DNA from: an uncultured Bacteroidota bacterium
Lineage (GTDB): Bacteria; Bacteroidota; Ignavibacteria; UBA10030; UBA6906
Reading direction: 5' to 3'
DNA: 64,000 nucleotides
Assembly (NCBI GenBank): GCA_963700635.1
Contig: CAVOYH010000003.1
Span: 1,860,014 to 1,924,013 of the forward strand
Numbering within the stretch: the stretch's first letter is position 1; every line of letters starts with the position of its first letter. Below, piece by piece: positions 18,025 through 25,656 of this stretch. Both the position numbers and the translations under genes were made by a program. The notes beneath the pieces are model-generated. The model made no database searches, was not told the origin of the DNA, and was given only the letters and a program-made list of their open reading frames with translations.

Positions 18025-18849
18025 TCAGGCCTGGTAGAGAACAGGGTTGAGCACGCTGGCTGCGGCTTCGCCGGGGCGCTGCCCGGGGAAGAATGCCTCC
18101 ATGTCGACTAGCCGATATTTGTTGTCCGGTTCCATGATCTGAGCGCCGTCTTCATAGTAGATGACAGTCATCACTTCGCGGACCAGGGATGAAGCATTGG
18201 GATGCGCTGCATGGGCCGTCCATCCGGCATGGAACGTCGCGTCCCCCGCTTTCAGATCATAGCTCGCGATCGGAAAACCACGCTCGCGCACGAGTTCGTC
18301 GAAATACCGGTCCGAAGCCTCCGAGATTGCGACATCGCCGAGTTGTCCGTGCAAATGCGATCCCCCGGCGAAGAGCATCGTTCCCATGTCGCGGGTCAAA
18401 TCAATCAACGGCATCCACATCGTGATGGTCCGCGGAGTTGCCAGTGGCCAGTAGAGCTGATCCTGGTGCCATGGAGTGCCCTTCCCCTGGGGAGGTTTGA
18501 AGAGCGCCTGGTCATGATAGAGCCGCACCGATCGAACTCCCATCAATCCGGCGGCGGTGCGGGCAAACCGCTTCCCGATGACGAACCGCAGTGCGGCATC
18601 GTGCAGACGCCAGACGTTCGTGACCTGAACGAAGAGGCTGCTGTAGTCTTCGCCCCCTTCCCGCGGCTTCTTCTTGGGCGCCCGGTTCGCAAGTGTCTGT
18701 GCAATGAATGGCCGGTATGCACGGATCTCCTCCTGTGAAGCGAGGCCTCGCAGGAGAACGTGGCCGTCGGCCTGATACTGTGTGACATCCCTGTCGTTCA
18801 GAGGATACGTGTCATTCAGTGCCGGCAAGGAACCGAAGGTTTCTGCCAT
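18025..18849 (-). CDS. Phytanoyl-CoA dioxygenase (PhyH) family Fe/2OG oxygenase
   Basis: DQALFKPP, TPWHQD and AGDATFH..WTAH motifs. Confidence 0.9.
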   Translation of the reverse strand: MAETFGSLPALNDTYPLNDRDVTQYQADGHVLLRGLASQEEIRAYRPFIAQTLANRAPKKKPREGGEDYSSLFVQVTNVWRLHDAALRFVIGKRFARTAAGLMGVRSVRLYHDQALFKPPQGKGTPWHQDQLYWPLATPRTITMWMPLIDLTRDMGTMLFAGGSHLHGQLGDVAISEASDRYFDELVRERGFPIASYDLKAGDATFHAGWTAHAAHPNASSLVREVMTVIYYEDGAQIMEPDNKYRLVDMEAFFPGQRPGEAAASVLNPVLYQA

Positions 18850-18925
18850 CGTCTGTCTCCTTTTGCTGCCCGTTGGTCGTAGAACGTGTCCGTCAAGATA
18901 TGAATCCAGGAGGTTCGCTGCAAGG

Positions 18926-19741
18926 ATGAAAACTCCTTCGCATCATCCGGTGCCTGCGTTTTTCCTTTTCTGCCGGTGGTGGTGTGTCGTGGGCCTCTGT
19001 CTCTCCCTCTGGCATTCCGCGAGCGGGCAGGATCACAGGATGTACAGCCATGGGGCCTGTATAAGGGAGGACACAACACGGCACACGCTCTACCTGATGT
19101 TTTCCGGGCATGAATTTGATGATGGGGGGGAGTACATCCGGGAAGTCCTCCGGGAGGAACGTGTGCCCGCGTCGTTTTTCCTGACGGGCGACTTCTACCG
19201 GGACTCCTCGCATGTGGTACTGCTCAGTGGACTGCTGGCGGACGGACATTTTCTGGGCGGGCACTCTGACCGGCACCTGTTGTATGCATCCTGGGAAGAC
19301 CGCGAGTCTACGCTTGTCAGCGAAGAGACATTTCTGGCCGATTTGCAGCGCAATTACGAGGCCATGCAGAACCGGGGCATTGCCCGGTCGGAGGCCCGCT
19401 TCTTTCTTCCTCCGTATGAATGGTACAACCGGCAGATTGCAGACTGGATCGGGGAGGAAGGGCTTGTCCTCATCAATTATACTCCGGGCACGCGTTCCAC
19501 TGCGGACTATACGACACCCGGCATGGGAACTCGCTACGTTGGCAGCGACTCGATTTACCGGAGCATCCTCCTGGCCGAAGAACGATTATCATCGGGCTTG
19601 AACGGATTCTTCTTGCTCTTGCATATCGGCACGGATCCTCAACGCACCGACAAGTTCTGGTTTCGTCTGAGGGACCTTGTGCGGGAACTTCGCCGCCGCG
19701 GATACACCTTTGCCCGATTCGAGGGGACCCCGGGCCGCTGA
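18926..19741 (+). CDS. Polysaccharide deacetylase (NodB/CE4-like), secreted
   Basis: ASFFLTG, GGHSDRH, FLPPYEWY and LLLHIG motifs. Hydrophobic N-terminal segment. Start position uncertain. Confidence 0.8.
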   Translation: MKTPSHHPVPAFFLFCRWWCVVGLCLSLWHSASGQDHRMYSHGACIREDTTRHTLYLMFSGHEFDDGGEYIREVLREERVPASFFLTGDFYRDSSHVVLLSGLLADGHFLGGHSDRHLLYASWEDRESTLVSEETFLADLQRNYEAMQNRGIARSEARFFLPPYEWYNRQIADWIGEEGLVLINYTPGTRSTADYTTPGMGTRYVGSDSIYRSILLAEERLSSGLNGFFLLLHIGTDPQRTDKFWFRLRDLVRELRRRGYTFARFEGTPGR

Positions 19742-19845
19742 GCCCACTCCGGGGAGCGCAACATTTGCCCATCGGCATCGTACTCATGTGTGAAGACCGG
19801 GATTTACCGGCGACGGTATCAGTCCTATCTGCAAGGACAACAGCC

Positions 19846-20619
19846 ATGGTGTACGAACGAGCGGTGCGTGTGGTGATCGCGACGGGGGATGAGAATCAAC
19901 GAGAGAGAGTCCACCGGATAGTTCGTTCCATTCCCTCCATGAGTATTGAAGGCGTATGCAGCTCCGCGGATGAAGCGCGGGCGCTCATAGCCTTCAGTCA
20001 CCCCCAAATCCTCATTATTGACACGGATCTCCCGGGAGGGGGCGGGTTTCAACTCCTCGGGATGGGTCCGGACCGGCCAATGGTGGTGTTCACGTCGCTA
20101 TCGGACAGCGACGCTCTGGCCGCCTTTCAATTCCACGCAGTGGACTATCTCCTTCATCCTGTTGATGCTCAACGTCTTACGGATGCGCTCGCCCGCGCGT
20201 GCGTACTGTGCAACCAGGCCGCCCAGGACGCGGCCGGCGATGCCGCCATCGACGAGTTGAGACGGAAACTTCCCGCTGCACACGCCGCGCGCCGCCTTAT
20301 GGTGAAGTCGGCCGGGAAAATCTGTTTCCTGAAGGCCGAAGAGATCGACTGGGTTGAAGCAGAGCGGGACTATGTTCGCATCCATAACGGCGCACGCAAA
20401 CATCTCCTCCGCAGTACGTTGTCGGGCATGGAACAGCAGCTCCCGGCCGAACGGTTCCTGCGCATTCATCGGTCGACCATCGTCAATGTCGACAGAATCC
20501 GGGAGATGCAACCCTTAAGCTATGGCGAATACGCGGTGATCCTCCATGACGGTACGCGCCTGACCTTAAGCCGCTCGTTCAGGGAAAGAGTTTTTGACCG
20601 GCTGGTGTCTGCAGCTTAA
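19846..20619 (+). CDS. LytTR-family response regulator with atypical receiver
   Basis: C-terminal FLRIHRSTIVN...LTLSRSF LytTR domain. Receiver has ATGDE in place of VVDDE and YLLHP in place of YLLKP. Confidence 0.88.
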   Translation: MVYERAVRVVIATGDENQRERVHRIVRSIPSMSIEGVCSSADEARALIAFSHPQILIIDTDLPGGGGFQLLGMGPDRPMVVFTSLSDSDALAAFQFHAVDYLLHPVDAQRLTDALARACVLCNQAAQDAAGDAAIDELRRKLPAAHAARRLMVKSAGKICFLKAEEIDWVEAERDYVRIHNGARKHLLRSTLSGMEQQLPAERFLRIHRSTIVNVDRIREMQPLSYGEYAVILHDGTRLTLSRSFRERVFDRLVSAA

Positions 20620-20623
20620 CTCG

Positions 20624-20699
20624 CCATTCCGCATTTCGTCGTACCATTACGCATCTCATCGCACCACCCTTTGCATCCCGGCCGGAATTGGGGTACTAT
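20624..20699 (+). promoter_or_regulatory. Direct-repeat (LytTR-type) site plus sigma70 promoter of the sensor kinase
   Basis: CCATTCCGCATTTCGTCGTA / CCATTACGCATCTCATCGCA (16/20 identical, 20-bp period), then TTGCAT-17 bp-TACTAT. Confidence 0.65.
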
Positions 20700-20746
20700 T
20701 CTCGCATGGTACAGCATTTCGCATATTGGACAGGGAGATCGTCCTG

Positions 20747-23700
20747 ATGAAGGGCCCTTCCCGTTTTCTTCTCCTTGCAGCCGTTGCGCTGGGTTCTGCA
20801 TCGCTACTCGCGGGAAACCAGACGATCGGTCTCGATCCGTCAAGGGAAATATCTCAATACGCACACAGGGCCTGGACGAAACGCGACGGCCTGCCACAGA
20901 ACACCGTCGGTGCAATTGCCCAGACCGCCGACGGATACCTCTGGTTTGCCACCCTCGAGGGTCTTGCACGATTCGACGGTTCCACCTTCCGTACGTTTAA
21001 CTCCCGCAATACGCCGGCATTGAAAATGAACTACGTTACGGCCCTGCATGTTGCCCGTGACAGCACGATGTATATCGGGACGTTTGGGTCTTCAATCCTT
21101 CTCTGGCGGCAGGGCGAATTCAAACGGGTGGCCGGTCCATCGGAACTCGATCACATGCAGATCCATCAATTCTGTCAGGATCGGGCCGGAGATGTGTGGG
21201 CGGCGGGCAGCATGGGGCTGATTCAGATCCGCAAAGATTCCGTCCTCAAAATTTTCACGGCGTCCGATGGTCTGCCGCACAATGTGATCACGGCCGTGCG
21301 GGAGGACTTCGAAGGGAGACTGCTTGTTGTGACGCCCGCCGGAATCTGGGTGCGTCAGGGTGACTGCTTCGATCCCTGGATGAAGGGCCTTGATGCGAGT
21401 TCCGACAAGGGATACGGATTTACCTTTTCTCTGGCGGACGCCATCGGTGCGGTCCCGACTGACCTCATCGTAGGAGCCGACAGCTCGATCTGGATCGGGA
21501 CGCGGGAACGAGGGCTGTTCCGATATCACAAGGGGAAGCTGCATGCGCTTGGGAGTCCCGCGAACATGGGTGCAGGTCCCATCATGCGCCTTCTGGAGGA
21601 CCGTCGGGGAACGATCTGGATCGGCACGGCCGAAGGAGGGCTTTCCCGGTATCTTCATGGACGGTTTTCCATGTTTACGCCGGAGGACGGGCTGTCTGCA
21701 GGCGAAGTCATGAGTCTCTTCGAGGACCGCGAAGGCAATCTGTGGGTCGGGGTGTCGACGGCGGGGGTGAACCGGCTCACCAACAGCAAGTTTACCACAT
21801 TCCGGGTGGGCAAGAGTGTCAGTGATAATATGGTCTGGGGTGTCGGCCCGGGTCCGTCCGGCAGCGTCCTCGCCAGCACGGCCTCCGGTATGCTCTTCGT
21901 CTTGAAAGGTCAGCAGTTCGTTCCGGCACGTGAACTTAAGGCATCGTTCCGCGGAGTGGCGAGAGCATTTCTGCGCGACCGGGGCGGAACGGTGTGGATC
22001 GGCAGCTCCGAGGGTCTCTTGAGCATCTCCGGACGCACTGTGCGCCGCTACAGTGCCGCACCGACATTCAGCCTGACCGAAGACAGATTCGGCAGGATTT
22101 GGGGGGTGGGGCCCAAGGGGGCGTTTGTCGTACGCCGCGGGACACTTGAGTATGTCGACGCCGGGGCAAAGATTCTCGACACGGGTCTTCGGCAGATTCT
22201 CTATGACGCGCGGCTGGACGTTCTCTGGCTCGTGAGCACAAGCAGGGGAGTTGTGAGGATGCAGCTTCCTCCCCTGACAGGATCCCCGATCATCGTTGAT
22301 CCTGCGTCGCTCCGGTGGTTTCACGTGAACGAAAACACGACAACCGGCTGGGTCATAACGGTGAGTCTTGACTCACTGGACGGTGTCTGGGTAACAACCC
22401 TTGGGGCGGGGTTTCATCACATCCGCGGAGATTCGGTTCACAGTATGGCCGCCGCCGAAGGGCTACCGGAAGAGGGCATCTTCTCTGCGCTTCAGGACGA
22501 TCGGGGATGGCTCTGGATGTCATCCAACAACGGCATCCACCGGGTGCGCGTCGACGATCTTGCTGCAATGTTCCGTGGCCGCCGAGAAACGGTGACCTTT
22601 GAGTCGTTTGGCATTAGCGATGGGATGTACAGCGATGAATGTAACGGCGGATTTCAGTCAAGCGCCTTTAAGACTTCCGACGGGCGTCTCTGGTTTCCAA
22701 CCACTGCCGGGGTCGTCATGGTAGACCCGAACAGGCTCGCAACCAACACCGTTCCACCGGCGGTTGCCATCGAACACGTGCGTGTGGACAACCTCGAGGG
22801 GATTCTTTCGACAGGGGCCGACTATCCCCCCGGAAACGGCGACCTCGAATTCCATTTTATAGCGTTGAGCTACAGCTCTCCGGAACGGGTCCGCTACCGA
22901 TATATGCTCGAAGGGTTTAACCGGAACTGGGTTGACGCCCAGAACCGTTCCGATGCGTTTTACACGAATATTCCTCCGGGCTCCTACCGGTTTCGCGTTA
23001 TTGCTGCGAACGGTAGCGGCGTGTGGAACGAGGCCGGAGCGTCATATGCGTTTCGGCTCCGACCGCACTTCTACCAGACAGTCTGGTTCTTCCTGCTGAT
23101 TTCCCTCGGTGTGGCGGGAATCGTGGTGGCGGGCTTGTTTCTTTACAAGCGTGACCGGGATCGGGAACTCCAGGCATCCCAGCTGGAGTCGCAGCTGGCA
23201 CAGGCCCAGATTCAGATCCTGGAGATGCAACTCCAGCCTCACTTTCTGTTCAACACGCTGAACGGAATCATGGTCCTGATCAGGCAGGACCCCGACAGTG
23301 CAAGAAGGATGATTGCCCGGCTGAGTGACTTTCTCCGCCTGACCCTCGAGAGCGCCGGCATACAGGAGGTCCCGCTTCGCCGGGAGCTGGAATTCCTGGA
23401 TCGGTATCTCCAGATCGAGCGTCTCCGGTTCGGTGAGCGGTTGCACGTGGTGCAGGACGTGTCGGCAGACCTGATGGATGCCCTGGTTCCGAACCTCATC
23501 CTCCAACCGCTCGTCGAGAATGCCATTCGTCATGGCGTATCCAAGCGCAGAGGCGCATCCCAGATCGCCATCGCAGCGGAGCGGACGAACGGGAGCCTGA
23601 CCATTCATGTGCGCGATAACGGTGTCGGGATGACCATGCGGGACGGGCAGCCGCCCAGGGAGGGGATCGGGCTGCGGAATACGCGACAACGCCTTCAACA

Positions 23701-23803
23701 CCTGTATGGTCGTGCGCAGGGCTGTACGCTCGTGAGCATCCCTCAGGGGGGTGTCGACGTTGTTCTCACCATTCCGTTTCACAAGAACGGCACTCTTCCA
23801 TGA
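20747..23803 (+). CDS. LytS-type sensor histidine kinase with Reg_prop beta-propellers and Y_Y_Y domain
   Basis: Signal peptide. DGLP..V.AI.Q..DG.LW and EDREGNLW repeats. YRYMLEG...YTNIPPGSYRFRV. One TM. QLQPHFLFNTLN, LQPLVENAIRHG, DNGVG, GIGL.N motifs. Confidence 0.93.
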   Translation: MKGPSRFLLLAAVALGSASLLAGNQTIGLDPSREISQYAHRAWTKRDGLPQNTVGAIAQTADGYLWFATLEGLARFDGSTFRTFNSRNTPALKMNYVTALHVARDSTMYIGTFGSSILLWRQGEFKRVAGPSELDHMQIHQFCQDRAGDVWAAGSMGLIQIRKDSVLKIFTASDGLPHNVITAVREDFEGRLLVVTPAGIWVRQGDCFDPWMKGLDASSDKGYGFTFSLADAIGAVPTDLIVGADSSIWIGTRERGLFRYHKGKLHALGSPANMGAGPIMRLLEDRRGTIWIGTAEGGLSRYLHGRFSMFTPEDGLSAGEVMSLFEDREGNLWVGVSTAGVNRLTNSKFTTFRVGKSVSDNMVWGVGPGPSGSVLASTASGMLFVLKGQQFVPARELKASFRGVARAFLRDRGGTVWIGSSEGLLSISGRTVRRYSAAPTFSLTEDRFGRIWGVGPKGAFVVRRGTLEYVDAGAKILDTGLRQILYDARLDVLWLVSTSRGVVRMQLPPLTGSPIIVDPASLRWFHVNENTTTGWVITVSLDSLDGVWVTTLGAGFHHIRGDSVHSMAAAEGLPEEGIFSALQDDRGWLWMSSNNGIHRVRVDDLAAMFRGRRETVTFESFGISDGMYSDECNGGFQSSAFKTSDGRLWFPTTAGVVMVDPNRLATNTVPPAVAIEHVRVDNLEGILSTGADYPPGNGDLEFHFIALSYSSPERVRYRYMLEGFNRNWVDAQNRSDAFYTNIPPGSYRFRVIAANGSGVWNEAGASYAFRLRPHFYQTVWFFLLISLGVAGIVVAGLFLYKRDRDRELQASQLESQLAQAQIQILEMQLQPHFLFNTLNGIMVLIRQDPDSARRMIARLSDFLRLTLESAGIQEVPLRRELEFLDRYLQIERLRFGERLHVVQDVSADLMDALVPNLILQPLVENAIRHGVSKRRGASQIAIAAERTNGSLTIHVRDNGVGMTMRDGQPPREGIGLRNTRQRLQHLYGRAQGCTLVSIPQGGVDVVLTIPFHKNGTLP

Positions 23804-24570
23804 CACCGATCCGCACGCTCGTTGTGGATGACGAACCTCTCGCCCGGCAGGGCGTCCGCAGCCTCCTCGAGGAGGATCGCGATATCGATGTGATCGGAGA
23901 GTGTAGCGATGGCGTGGAGGCACTGGAGCGGATCCGGGCCGACCGACCGGCCCTTGTCTTTCTGGATGTGCAGATGCCGGAGATGAATGGATTTGACGTA
24001 CTGGCGGCCCTCGAGGCTGACGAAATGCCCATGGTGGTTTTTGTCACGGCGTATGACCAGCATGCGCTCCAGGCATTTCGCTATCATGCCCTTGACTATC
24101 TCCTGAAGCCCTTCGAAAACGAACGGTTTCTGGAAGCCCTCGGTCGGGCGAAATCCCAGGTGAACCACAAGAGCGTCCCGAAGGTGACGAAACAGATTCT
24201 GGAGATGCTTGATAGTACGCGCCCCGGCCGGAGCGGCCTTGGAAGGATCATGGTCCGCAGCGGTGGAAGAATCACTTTCGTCAGGGTGGAGGAGGTGGAT
24301 TGGATCGAGGCCCAGGGGGACTATATCTGCCTGCACAGCCAGGGAAAGAAGCATCTCGTCCGGGAAAAAATCAGCGAGATGGAGGAACAACTCTCACCCG
24401 CCGCGTTCCTTCGGATCCACCGTTCCACGATGGTCAATGTCACGCGCATCAAGGAGATGCAGCCGCTCTTTCACGGGGAGTACGCCGTGGTGTTGCATGA
24501 CGGCACACGGTTGACTTTGAGCCGGTCGTTCCGTGACAGAGTCTTCGACCGCCTCTCAGGGACCGTGTAG
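23800..24570 (+). CDS. LytTR-family response regulator (canonical)
   Basis: VVDDEPLAR, FLDVQMP, FVTAY and YLLKP, then a LytTR domain. ATGA overlap with the kinase. Confidence 0.95.
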   Translation: MTPIRTLVVDDEPLARQGVRSLLEEDRDIDVIGECSDGVEALERIRADRPALVFLDVQMPEMNGFDVLAALEADEMPMVVFVTAYDQHALQAFRYHALDYLLKPFENERFLEALGRAKSQVNHKSVPKVTKQILEMLDSTRPGRSGLGRIMVRSGGRITFVRVEEVDWIEAQGDYICLHSQGKKHLVREKISEMEEQLSPAAFLRIHRSTMVNVTRIKEMQPLFHGEYAVVLHDGTRLTLSRSFRDRVFDRLSGTV

Positions 24571-24580
24571 ACCGGGCGGA

Positions 24581-24615
24581 CGCGGATGGCGCCCGGGAGG
24601 TTGGGGCCATCCGCG
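24581..24615. terminator. GC-rich hairpin between convergent genes
   Basis: CGCGGATGGC (24581-24590) pairs perfectly with GCCATCCGCG (24606-24615). No U-tract. Confidence 0.45.
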
Positions 24616-24634
24616 CTGAGGGTCCTGCCCGGGT

Positions 24635-25087
24635 TCACCGGCCGCCGTATTCGACGGGTGCAGCCGGTTCGACTGCGATAAACTCGAACGAGCCGGGTTC
24701 TACGTACTGGTTGTAGAACCATGCGCACAACGTGCGCACTTTCTCGCTTTCATCGAACTTTGCGGCCTGTTTGACTGCATATGCTCCCCGCGGATCTCCG
24801 ATCCGGCACAGCGAAAGCGCCGCAATAATGCGGGACGATTCCTCGTCGCCATCGCGCAACATCCGCATAAGCGGCACCACCGCCTTCATTGCCTTCTCCT
24901 CCCCCAGCATAAAAGCCGCGCTCTCCCGCAATCCGCGGTTGCCCGACGTCAGGCCGTTCATCAGGTTGGTAACCACAAGGTCTTTCGTCGCACTGGGCGT
25001 CACCAGGACCTTGTCGGCCGCGCCTGCCGTTGCGGCGACTGCGGCGACCATGCACACGGCTGCACACTGCTTGACGATTGCGTTCAT
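24635..25087 (-). CDS. Small secreted HEAT-repeat protein
   Basis: GGAGGG RBS, then ATG 25087 and a signal peptide. LRESAAFMLG...AVVPLMRML...RIIAALSL..IG HEAT/PBS-lyase-like repeats. Confidence 0.78.
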   Translation of the reverse strand: MNAIVKQCAAVCMVAAVAATAGAADKVLVTPSATKDLVVTNLMNGLTSGNRGLRESAAFMLGEEKAMKAVVPLMRMLRDGDEESSRIIAALSLCRIGDPRGAYAVKQAAKFDESEKVRTLCAWFYNQYVEPGSFEFIAVEPAAPVEYGGR

Positions 25088-25307
25088 CGTTCCCTCCTTG
25101 ACGTGGTACTGTGTGATCGTGGCGTTCTCTCTGAATATACCCTTCTCTCCTTGTCCGGGATGCGAAATTGGGTTGGATGCGTCGCTGCATGAGACCAACG
25201 TCACAATTCCCACGATGAGCCGGCTCCCATCCGTTGCTCCTCATCCTCCTTGTTCCTCGTGCACGTTTCGTCTTCTTCTCTCGTTCGCCGCCTTGTGCCC
25301 AGATACT

Positions 25308-25376
25308 CCACTTCATCCCCGCAAATATGCACCTCGTCGCAAACCCTTTGTCCAGCCTCCCATCCTGTCGTACCAT
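25308..25376 (+). promoter_or_regulatory. Direct-repeat (LytTR-type) site plus sigma70 promoter of the TonB receptor operon
   Basis: CCACTTCATCCCC (25308) and GCACCTCGTCGCA (25329), 21 bp apart, then TTGTCC-17 bp-TACCAT. Same layout as the kinase promoter. Confidence 0.55.
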
Positions 25377-25656
25377 GGTGTACCGTGTTAGCCTGAATCG
25401 CATGTCCCGGCGGAACGGCCTCTGGAGGATCATAGAATCCTGGTGAGTGGAGACAGAGAGCCGTTTCGCGGGAATGCGAGGGCAGCCGGAGGGAGGTGAT
25501 GCGCAGAGAGTATTGATACGCCTTTCATGTTCACCATTCCCCGTTCCATCTGTCCTCATCCCGGTCGTATGAGGGTACGACCGCCTGTGGCGGACTCTGT
25601 TCCGTTCACAGGCAGGGGAGGGCAATCCATATCCACATTTCCCAGGGAGAGTCCCC

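Noticed and set aside
21092-22324. 410-aa antisense ORF (similar cases at 9831-10796, 12175-13221, 56973-58037, 61014-62063)
   Set aside because: These are shadows of well-supported genes on the opposite strand.
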